A stretch of 64,000 bases of DNA. It comes from Peribolospora baueri (Eukaryota). Below the pieces are notes generated by a model, which searched no databases, was not told where the DNA came from, and was given only the letters and a program-made list of their open reading frames with translations. The stretch is taken from positions 1 to 64,000 of the forward strand of contig JAMDHS010000051.1 of NCBI GenBank assembly GCA_029717555.1. Reading direction: 5' to 3'. A program made the position numbers and the translations under genes. This document shows, piece by piece, positions 54,356 through 64,000 of the stretch (within the stretch, counting starts at the first letter, position 1; every line of letters begins with the position of its first letter).

Positions 54356-56292
54356 ATGCCCGTCCCTCGCAGGCCGTGGACCGAGGCCGAGGATGAATTG
54401 CTATGGCAGGCGCTTCAGTCGGGTGAGTGGGAGAGAGCGATGGAGAGATACAGCAAGCGAGAGCGACAGCGAGCGACTTTCTCTCTCTCTCGCGCGAAAG
54501 AGACAGCGAGCGACAGCGAGCGATAGAGAGAAACATGCTCAACGCCATCCCCTTCCCTCCCAGTAAAAGGCCCCCGCTCAACCATCCCTTGGCACATCGT
54601 CGCAAAGGCAGTCCCAGGCAGGACCAACAAGGACTGTCGAAAGCGATGGCACGGCAAGGTTGCTTGCCAAGGTCGTAAGGGTGTATGGGCTGTTGAGGAA
54701 AATCGAAAGCTTATTGAGGCTGTTGGTATTTGGGGTACTCGGTGTGTATTTTTTTTTTTCTTTTCTTGTTCCTTTCTCTTTTTCTTCTGTCTTCCTTGCC
54801 TCTCTCATTCTTTCTCTCTCCTTTTCTTCTGTCTTCCTTGCCTCTCTCACTCTTTCTCTTTCCTTCTCTCCTGTCTCTTTCTTTCCTTGCCTTTCTCACT
54901 CTCTCTCCTTCTTCAGCTGGTCCCTCGTCGCACAGCATGTCGGCACGCGCACTGGAGATCGTGAGCAGCCTTGGCTCCCTATCGCTTTGCATCATCGAAC
55001 AAGCTAGCTTGCTTACACGCCCACCTCGCCGCATACAGAATGCGCCAAACGTTGGACCGACTCGCTCAATCCGGAGATTAAGCGCTGCCCCTGGACCGAG
55101 GAAGAGGTGCGTAAGATAGTCCAACCTTTCTTTCCTTTCGCCCTCACCCCGACTCTTCACCGCTCACATTTCTCCCTCCTCCTACACCCAGGACTCTCGT
55201 CTCCTCGACGCCGTCGACCAAATGGGCTTCGCCTGGTCCCAGATCGTCGCCGATTTCCCCGGACGTACCGGCCTCGCCGCCAAGAACCGGTACGATCACC
55301 TCCGCCGAGCGCTCAAGGCAGGAAGGAAAAGGAGGGCGTCAACAAGGATCGTCGAGACGGGGACCGGTTCCGCCGCTCGGCAAGTCTCCCAACCTCCTCC
55401 TACCTCGGCCCCGTCCCCGGTCACGACGTCTGCTTCCGTCCCAACACCACACGCCGGTCCCAAAGCCACCTTTTCCGCCTACGCCCAGTCCCACCCGATG
55501 GTCGACGCCGTCTTCGACTTTGACCCCCTCGCCACCGACGCCACACTCTTTTCCAACTTCCTCGACCCTTGCCCCTCTTCCCCTTCCCTCGACCCCGCCC
55601 ATCTTCTCTACCCACCCTTCTTGCTCGACTCGCCCCACAGCACGCTCTCTCTCGACTCGTTCGCCTCGACCTCTTCCTCCTTCTCCCTCCCGGCTGGGAC
55701 CAGGACAGGTTTGGAGAGCGTGTCAGCCGCCACCGCCGCTGCTTCCTCCCCCTTTTCCTTCAACCTTGGCGCCCTCTCCCCCATGGAGACGATCGCCGGC
55801 TTCGACACGCCCTTCATGACCGACTCGTCCTCCCTCTTTGGCTCCTCCACCCCATCGACGACAAGCCCCAGTCTCGGTTTTTCACCCCTCATGGGTGCCC
55901 ACGAAGTCCTACCTGCCGACTTTGGAGCTTTTCGTTCGCCGTCGTTGTCGGCGGCGACGCCTCAGCTGTCCGCCGCCGTGACGAACCGCGAGTCGGTTGC
56001 CGCCGTCGACGGCACACCCTTTCCGGCGCCATTGACGAGAGCCCAAAGTCCCGAGTGTGCCATGGTCGTCCAGAGCGCCTTCCGGACGCCCGCGCCCGCT
56101 CCGGCGGAGGAGAGTCGGCCAAAGGGGGCGATCATCGTCATCCCGTGCAGCCAGGAAGACATGTCTTTCCTCCTCGGCTCTGTGCTTTCCAGGTTCGGCG
56201 GAACCGCAACGCTGATCGAGAACAAGGGCGACCCGGTGTCTACACAGCTTTCCCAGGACGGCAGGTATGTCGTCACGGTGGACGCTACCTAA
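54356..56292 (+). CDS. Three-repeat Myb transcription factor (Bas1-like)
   Basis: Spliced MPVPRRPWTEAEDELL..IPWHIVAKAVPGRTNKDCRKRW..RKGVWAVEENRKLIEAV..WSLVAQHVGTRTGD|.CAKRWTDSLNPEIKRCPWTEEE|DSRLL..WSQIVADFPGRTGLAAKNRY, then Ser/Pro-rich tail. Confidence 0.9.
54780..54909. repeat. 42-bp pyrimidine-rich tandem repeat (2 copies plus a degenerate third) in a Myb intron
   Basis: ttttcttctgtcttccttgcctctctca(t/c)tctttctct(c/t)tcc at 54780 and 54822. Confidence 0.85.
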
Positions 56293-57779
56293 ATTTCTTT
56301 TATTTTCGTCCGTCTGCCCCGTGTTTCTCTTTCTTTCACTTATAGACGGGTTAGAAGTTATCATATGTACCCCCCTTCCCCTCCTGTACGCTAATTCCGG
56401 TCCATTTCCGTGCCTGGCGGCCGGACCGCTATACCCTCACTCCCTGTACTCCCACTGTTTTTTTTTACCACTAGACGGACTCCCATGTCCCCTAACCTGA
56501 CCTGACCTGACGTTTGACGAGTATAAAATCACGCCATGATGCCCCTTTTTTTGTACGTTACGTCGATGCCGTTCCGTTCCAGCCGAGCGACGAACCCATT
56601 ATGAAACCCTACTTTGCGTCGGTCGGCCCGACTCTCGACTCTGGAGCGTTCCGAAGCAGTCGTTCGTTCGTCCCATTTGTGGGCGTCGTGGGACGGCGTA
56701 CGGTAGGTGACGAACTGAGCACGCCACGCCGCCGGGTAAAAACAAAAAGACCAATAAAGCGGTGGCGCAAGACCCGAGTCCTTTTCGCGACGCCGACGCC
56801 GACGCCGATGCCGACCTTATGTTTTGAAATCGCGATCTCTCCGTCCCGTCCTCCTCCTCCTTCTTCTTCTTCTTCACTCCGGCATGCTCAGCCCCCGACG
56901 GCCCACTCACTCCGGACGGCGCACGCCAGTGGAGATGCCGGACCTTTTCTTTCTTTCCCACATCGCACGCACACACACACGCACGCACGCAGAGCAACGA
57001 GCGGAGGCCACGGCACGTCGTCCCCTCTCATCCCACCCCGCGTGCGTCCGGTTTCCCGTTTCTCGTCTCGTCCGCCCCGCTTCGAGCGCCAGTCCAAAGG
57101 CAACGAACGGACATGCTCGACGCCGATCGCGACCGACGTGGCGTGGAAAAGGGTGCCTATGGTATTTGAAATCAGATCCATGGAATCGAACAAAAGTGTC
57201 GGTTGGTCGATGTGGACGAGGTGAAAGAAAGGCACCAAAGCCAAGAAAAAAAACGGCCGACGAGCACCGCACCGTCAGCCGAACGGGCTGCCGGACTTCC
57301 AAGGCAAGACCGCCGGTCTCATCAGCATAATCCTCTATCGACCGCGTCTTAAACACGCTCTGTCCCGCGTTGAGCAATTCGTTCTGTCCGTCCGAATGGT
57401 TCGAGCGTGCTGTCGGCGGCCAAGAGTGCTAACAGCGGTCCTAACACGTGTCGCCCTAGCGTCCCCTTCACCCGCATACCGAGATCAGGTCAGGTTCTCC
57501 AGACTAGACGCGGACGTCCGACGGAAAGCGACCAGGGTCTCGGTGGGAGAGGAGGACGGCCTGGGCGCCGTAACGACCAACGTCCGAGTTGGCCATCAAG
57601 GCGAGCGTGAGCGGCAAAGGACAGGCCGCTGTGACTGGCGTGGGCTCACCGAACGGTTTGATGAAGCACATCTCCATGAGCAGGCCGATATAGACGCTAA
57701 CCACCTTCGGCCGAGCTTTTCTGCGTCCCGCCTGTGCCGGGCCTTGCTATCAAAGAGGACATGGTGCTGCTTGGCGCGC

Positions 57780-57935
57780 ACATCGTCCGTTCCCCACTCG
57801 CTCATTCAAAGTCGGCGATAAGGGTCTGGCTTCTTCGACGTCATATCCGGCGACCCAGTGACAAGTTGGACGACAAGCGACTCGCGCCCTTCACCATCAT
57901 CAAGAAGATTGGCACTTCGGCATACTGCCAGGCTT
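57780..57935 (+). mobile_element. Ty3/Gypsy integrase C-terminal relic
   Basis: FKVGDK(frameshift)VWLLRRHIRRPSDKLDDKRLAPFTIIKKIGTSAY, matching the GPF/Y region of chromovirus-type integrases. Confidence 0.8.
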
Positions 57936-58049
57936 GCTGGGAAACGCAATCCATCTAGGCCAGCAAAAGGGAATTTTGGTCAGTCTGGTTACTGACCAAT
58001 CCCAGAAGCTATATGTACCGGCAGGATTCATGACACATACAAGCCTTGA

Positions 58050-58430
58050 CAAGAGGGTTTCATAACAAGACGAAGCCGAAGCATATTGAAGTAGCATACC
58101 ACTTTATTCGCAAGCGCGTTAAAGACGGCATATGGCATAATCTAGATTTAATATGTTCCGGACGACGGAGCAGCTAGCGGACATATTCACCAAGGCTCTC
58201 TCTTCCACGCGCTGCTTTCGAGGAAATGGTACGGAAGTTGGGATTGACTGCGTAACACCACGACTGGGTCGAGTGGGAGTGTTGCGCTTGGAACGACCCG
58301 CGTCGACCATCGATCATGTTGGACAATAGCCCCTTTTTTTACTCGTCTCCCCTATAAACCCCAGCGCCTCTGTCGCTGTTGAAGTAATGACAAAGTAGTG
58401 ACAACCCACCAGACAGCAGCTTAATAAGGT
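58050..58430 (+). mobile_element. Ty1/Copia RNase H C-terminal relic with PPT and probable LTR
   Basis: FHNKTK..KHIEVAYHFIRKRVKDG..TTEQLADIFTKAL..FEEMVRKLGL across frameshifts; PPT gagtgggag followed by TGTTG at 58280. LTR end is approximate. Confidence 0.8.
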
Positions 58431-59820
58431 TAATAAGCGTGCAGGTCCGAGTTGCGAGTTTGCTCGACTCGCGCCCAGACGCGCGACGCTGCTGCGGCAG
58501 TAAGCGCTCGCTCCGACGGGCCCGCCAGTTACGCCGGCCCACGAAGTAAAATGACGGCTCACCTCGGCTGGAGCAAGAGACGGTCGTGGTCGGCATCCAT
58601 ACATAGCATGCCTCGCCCGACCGGGTTTCCTTGGCGCGGGAGCCCGCTTTACCGCGCTCCGCTTTCCCGCGTCCGGAGTGAGTGAGCATGGTGCACACCG
58701 CCGGACGGCAGAAGGGAACGGGAACGGGAACGGGGCGCAGCCATGTCGTCGTCGCAAGGGAGCGAGCGAGATGGACCGCTTGTTGCGGGATGGTCCGAGG
58801 TGGACTGCTTGCTTCTTGGACGATGCCTCAGTAGCTTTGAGAGTTCGGCCCCGTTCACTCAGAATCGGCGATACTACAGCATTCAAAAAGGGCGATCCCC
58901 GCGGCCGAGTCTGGTTCACAGCATCGTCGTCGTCGTACCCACCCATCTTCCTTCTTCAGCGCCATGTTTCAACACGCTCCCCTCCTCCCTTCTCCATCAC
59001 GCAGACAGAGCGTGCCCACGCTCCCCTCATCTCGGCAGCGCTTCGCCATAGCCTTGGCCTATCTCTTCCTATCCATGGACTTTTTCGCCGTCTGCCTTCC
59101 GGCGAACGCTTGATCCCTCCCCAGTCACGCCCGTCCATCGTCTTGACGTGAGTTTCCATCGTCCATCTTCCAGCTTCGATCTAAGAGCCCCCAACGCCTC
59201 CTGCACTTCCTCGCTCACCCCTTTCCCCTTCTCGCCCCCGCATTGGCCTCGCCTCGCGTTGGCTAAGAAGGGCGGAGACGAGCGTCGCCCGATACAGCGC
59301 ATCCCGTCCTTCCCAACCCCTTCCTTCCATCGTCGCTCTTCAAGCAGCCCGCACAAGAGATTGTACCGGCCGCCAACTTGGGCCGACGGAGCGTACGACC
59401 CATTTTCGTTTTCTGCTTCGCTTCGATTGGGCCTTCTTTCGACCGTTTCGCCTCACTTCAACCACCCCCCCAATTCCCCCAGTTCCCCTGCGCTTGCGAG
59501 CGGCCATGCGATACCACAGTGTCTTTTACTTTAGCCGGTATTAATTACCTTGTGATGACCTACCTACCTGCCTTGCTGCCTGACGTGTGGTCACGACTGG
59601 CCAGTCGTCGACACCTCACATCTATCCTCGTAAAGGTCATTTGCAACTGCCGCCCGCCCTTCACCAGGCGGAGCGAAAGCTGAACAGCACAAGACAAGTG
59701 AAGGGTTCCCACAGTGAGAAGAGGAGGGAGCGTACCAACCTGAGGACATCCTGATATCCCCTACTATACATACAAACGCCGACGGACGTGTCGACGAAGA
59801 CCCCGGCACCGGCGACATCC

Positions 59821-61832
59821 TCATTGCCCATATCGCTCCTCCAATTCCTGGACCGTCATCACCCGCCCCTCCTCGCCCACATCCTCGTCCTCCCCGCCTC
59901 GTCCGAACCTGCTCAGCAACGACGTCGGATCCCCTTGCTCGACCGCCGAGGACGACGGATCGAGGCGAGAGAGGATGGAAGTCGAGACTGGTCGGCCGTT
60001 GGCATCCAGGATGCGTGACGAGAGAGATCGGACGCGTGCCCGCGGCGAAGGCGGCCGTCTAGCCAGCTTGAGCAGGTCGTCGGCGTACATTCGTCCTCGT
60101 CGGGCCCCTCGTCCACCCACCATGTCCGCGTCGTCCTCTTGGTCCTTTCCGCCGTTGTTGTCATAGTCCCTCCGCCTTACCCCATCCCGCCTCCGTCCAT
60201 GCCCGTTGGACCGATTGCCTTCCGGGCTGCGACTTCTCCGCCTGGACCGAGCAGTGTCTTCAAGGTCCTCGTCCAATGCGTCCATCGCCGCTTGCCGCCC
60301 TCCGGGCCGACGAATGTCAACGTCGGGTCGGTCGATCATTCGAGAGCGCAGATCGTCCGCAAGGCGATCCTCCAGTCGATCGTCCCGCTCACCCGCGCGG
60401 AGCAGCTCTTTCCCGCGGTAAGAAGGCACGGGCGGAAAACGCGGGTAAGCACCTCCATCCCGCCCGTCGAATCCTTCCGCTTCCCCATAAGCGGCCCCGC
60501 TATCATAATTGAGCTCAAATCCTTGCGCGTACCTCCTCTCCTCCTCCGCCCTTCTCCGCTCGTCCCTCATCCGTTTCAACTTTCTCGCCTCGTCCTCCTC
60601 CATGCCCTCCTTTAACCTGAACACTTGCCTGCCCGCACCACGCCCCCGCTCCTTGTACCAAGCCGAGCGTGTCGCCGCATCTGAAGCCTTGACGTCGTGC
60701 TCTTCCAGCGCATATCGAACCCAAAGTCTCCCGCGAAGGCGCTCGACAGACTCTCGAGTGGCCGCGTTCGCCTTGGCGTCCTCCTCAGCCATTTCGCGAT
60801 AAATCTCCGGTACGTCCTCCGGCAAAGTCGTCGCCTCGGCTCCTGTCGGTTGGGAGGGAGGCGCGGAGAGCACTTCTCGCTCTTCCGATGTGAGGAGACT
60901 TAACGGTACGGCATGGGCGGGGTAAGGCGTGACGAGCGGGGAAAGGGCGTCCGCTGAGAGGCTAGAATGATGTGGAGGCGCGCTTAGGCCCAAAGAGAGC
61001 GCGGCGGCGCTGGAGATACGCTGGAAAGCGTAGAACGCGGCGCCACGAGTGCGGAAGACGACGTTACAGCTTGTCTGTGTGAAAAAAGGAATGCAAATAA
61101 TCAGAGGGACCCAACGAGGAAAACACCGGCGAGCGGTAGCTCACGTCATCGATCCACTCAATGCCCAGCGGATGAGCGTTGAAACGTTCGAAGTAGGCGA
61201 TGATGCGGCTCGTAGAAAAAGCAGCGATGGGAGACCCCTGGAAGTGGAGCACTTGAAGGCGCAGTTGCTCTGGTTGGGTGGGGATGGGCGGAGGGGAGGG
61301 AGCGGGTTGATCTTGGAGGATGGAGAGATACTCTGAAAGCATCGAGAGACACCAGCGAAATAAATGGCGTTTTCCAACAAAGAGACAAGAGAATCGCGGT
61401 AAAACTCACCCGACTCGTCCTCCACCGCTTCGCCATTCCCGACCGGCGGTCCTTGCCCGTCAACATCGTCCTAACGATCCGGATCGATCGACCAAGGACA
61501 AAGAACGCGTGTGAACACGAGGGGTGAGCGCGGGTTGCACAGTGAGAGATGATGACGACGTGTCAAACTAAACTCACCTCTGACTCGCGCGCCCCTACGG
61601 ACCTCCTGGCCTCCCTCCTCTTGGATGGCTTGGGCGCGGGGTAGAACCTGCTGTGGCCCAACCTGCTCGCGAGGCTGGGCTTGCCGCCGGTCTTTTCGGC
61701 GTCCTCGTTTCCGATCGCAGAGGGGTCGTCGCCGGTCATGTCCATGGAATCCATAGGCGCCATGGCGGCATCTTCCCCTCCAAGGGTCGGCGTGGAAGGA
61801 CGAGGAGAAAAAGCGGTTGTGGGCTCGGTCAT
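59821..61832 (-). CDS. Nuclear cap-binding protein subunit 3 (NCBP3/DUF2414)-like RRM protein
   Basis: LRLQVLHFQGSPIAAFSTSRIIAYF..PLGIEWIDD|TSCNVVF; LWVRYALEEHDVK..RSAWYKERG; Arg/Asp-rich tail with LDEDLE. Confidence 0.8.
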
Positions 61833-62198
61833 GGTTGGAAGGACGAGCGAGAAGGTGGACACACCCGATCGAAATGGTCTAGCGACAGGCTTCGCGGGTG
61901 TTGCATAACCCTAACCGATAACTTGTCACGTGCCACATTGGGAAGGCGCCCCTCTATCTATTCCCCTTTCCTCCATCTCCCTCGTCTCGCCAAAGATGAA
62001 TAGGATAGAGACGAAGACAAAGCGGGGAAGGCAGAGCTGGAAACGTCCACCGTCTTTGTTCAATGGATCCGAGTGGCCACGGGCCTTTTGCTCGGCGAGC
62101 ATGTTTCGCTGAAAAACCCAGACGGGTGATCATGTTCGTTCCAGAGTTTATATCCATGTCCGACATGGGCCGTCACCACACCGCCCCGACCCCGATCT

Positions 62199-64000
62199 TC
62201 AGCTCGCCCATCCGACCCTCCTGCGCATCTCCATCGCCAGCCTCTCCCTCTCCTTCTCCACCCTCACCGCGGCCGCGCCCTTGCCTCCACCTCCCAGAAA
62301 GTCCCGATTCTCCAAAGCCCTCCTGACCAGGTACGGTAGAACCTCCTTCAGCGGCCCGTAGGGAACGTACTTGAACACCATATGAGGGCCTACGCCATCC
62401 TCGTTACCTCCCGAGCGGGGATCGAACACCAGACAGAGGGAGCGGGTGAGATGGTCAGCCATGCCTAGGAGTTGGCCGAAAGTGATGCGGCCTCGTACGC
62501 CCGGAGTGAGTCGGAGATAGTACGGCGGATGGTCTTCCATGTCGTCCTCCGCTGCTGTCTCTGTCACGATCATCGCTGTTGCTGTCTCTGAAGCGAGTCC
62601 GACTTTGACCATGTGCTGGATGGCGCGGAACGCCGAGACAGGATTGTGTGTTGCGAATATGACTCCGAGGTGGGCTGGTCGGTTCGGGCCGTTCGTGGAG
62701 AGGTCCGTCTGGGGGGAGAAGCGAGTCGTTCGATTAGGCGATCGGTACGGTGACGAAGAGTACGAAAGGACGGCGGCCACATACCGCCACTTGTTCGACA
62801 AGCATCTTGGCGCACCGCTCATAACACTCGTCCGTATCCTCTTTAGAGTCCCAACAGGGAGAACCGTGTCCGCTCGCACGGGCAGTTTTCCTTTCGAGAT
62901 CGATGTAGGCGCCTCGTACGAGCTTGACGCCCAAGCTGTAGTTGCCTTTGCTGGCGCGGGTGAGGGAGGCACTGAGGTGGTGCGGTGTTCTATGATGGAG
63001 TACAACGTGTGAGAGAGAAGGAAATGGACGACAAACGCATTGTGGCGACTCACCTCTTCAAATAAGCCTGGAAAGTATTATAGATCAGAGGCTGCCTCAC
63101 TGTAATCCGAGCCTGGTCTTCGCGCCGGCCCGACGCCACCACGCCGGCAGTGATTCCCTTCAGGCGAGACCAGAGCGACGGCGGAGGCGACAAGCGATTG
63201 AACTCGGCAGCCAGAGCCTCGTAAAAGGCGTCGATAGCGGGTTGGTACCAGGAGTGTTCGGCGTCTATGACGAGACTATGAAAGGAACGTGGGGAAAGAC
63301 ATGTGCATGTTGTCACAGTGACGTAAGTCAACATCCGCTTCGTCAGTGACATTGTCGGCAGTCATGGAGGAAATCAAATACACACCTAACCCCGCCCTCC
63401 TCTCTTGCCGCCTTGGCCACCTCCCTAAGGGCCATCCAAAGCTCTAGGAGCGCTTTCCTGTCTTGCTCGCCCAGCCGCTTGCCAGGAAGGCCGAGATGCG
63501 TGTCCTGGACTTGAGCTTTAGAAGCCTGCTCCACTGCCAGCGCATCGGGAGGACAAGGACAAAGGTAGGACGAGGGATCGGAGAACGTCTCGGGCGACAC
63601 GATGGCGGCACTCGCCCTCTCCAACAAGGAAGGATCCTTAAGCAAGCCGGTGAGCTTGATGGCGATGCTCGTGCTCCCCGTCCTCGGAGGCGTCGTCGTT
63701 GCCGAATCCTCTTTCCGAGAGAGTTGGGATTGGAGGTGGAGTCGCTCGAATTCGGCGGCTACGCGAACGGAGTGGACGAGTTCAGCTATGAAGGCTTCGT
63801 GGAGGTGGGAGAAGCGGGGCAGGGAGGGAGGGAGCGAGTCGGCAGACGAAGATGGGGAACCGAGTGGCGGTGAGGCGGGTGCAGGTTGAGATGGGTGGGC
63901 GGAGATGGACGCTTCGACGGAGAAGCCAAGCAAGGCGCCTAGACCGTCGGAGGAGAGAGAAAAGAGCAAGGGAACGCAGTCGGTCATGGTATCTCCGCCA
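62199..64000 (-). CDS. PUT1: Proline dehydrogenase, 3' part (5' end outside window)
   Basis: IAIKLTGL, LVIDAEHSWYQPAID, IYNTFQAYLKR, GVKLVRGAY, TDECY, FATHN, FGQLLGMAD, KYVPYGPLKEVLPYLVRRALEN. Confidence 0.95.

Noticed and set aside
54578..55160. Repetitive ORFs (MREARKTEEKERER.. / FSSVFLASL..)
   Set aside because: Translations of a 42-bp pyrimidine repeat inside a Myb intron; not a CRISPR array or a gene.
56514..57400. Overlapping long ORFs downstream of the Myb gene
   Set aside because: Low-complexity GC-rich and microsatellite sequence giving spurious ORFs in several frames.
62710..62790. Apparent frameshift in proline dehydrogenase (motifs in two ORF frames)
   Set aside because: Explained by a canonical intron: gtatgt donor, ctaat branch point, cag acceptor.

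Overview
Intron-rich, GC-rich eukaryotic DNA from a fungus, most likely a basidiomycete (GT..AG introns with CTRAY branch points; taxon not determinable here). The left half (1-31 kb) is mostly housekeeping: a partial cytochrome P450, AN1 zinc-finger protein, LRR protein, Nudix hydrolase, small hydrophilin, mitoribosomal mL40 and uL3m, UTP6, NIC96, SEC4/Ypt2 and CHS7, plus a few pseudogene relics. The main feature is a contiguous ~18 kb seven-gene cluster at 34.3-52.6 kb: aspartate-semialdehyde dehydrogenase, Zn2Cys6 transcription factor, aspartate kinase, homoserine O-acetyltransferase, plant-NIT4-like nitrilase, AlcS-like GPR1/FUN34/YaaH transporter and a divergent O-acetylhomoserine sulfhydrylase. 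My inference is that it may be a cyanide/nitrile detoxification and nitrogen-assimilation pathway (O-acetylhomoserine + CN- -> gamma-cyano-alpha-aminobutyrate + acetate -> glutamate + NH3) rather than ordinary methionine synthesis. A three-repeat Myb gene, Gypsy/Copia relics, an NCBP3-like gene and a partial proline dehydrogenase follow. Gene coordinates are start-to-stop spans including introns, reconstructed by eye. Family assignments come from motif recognition, not database searches.
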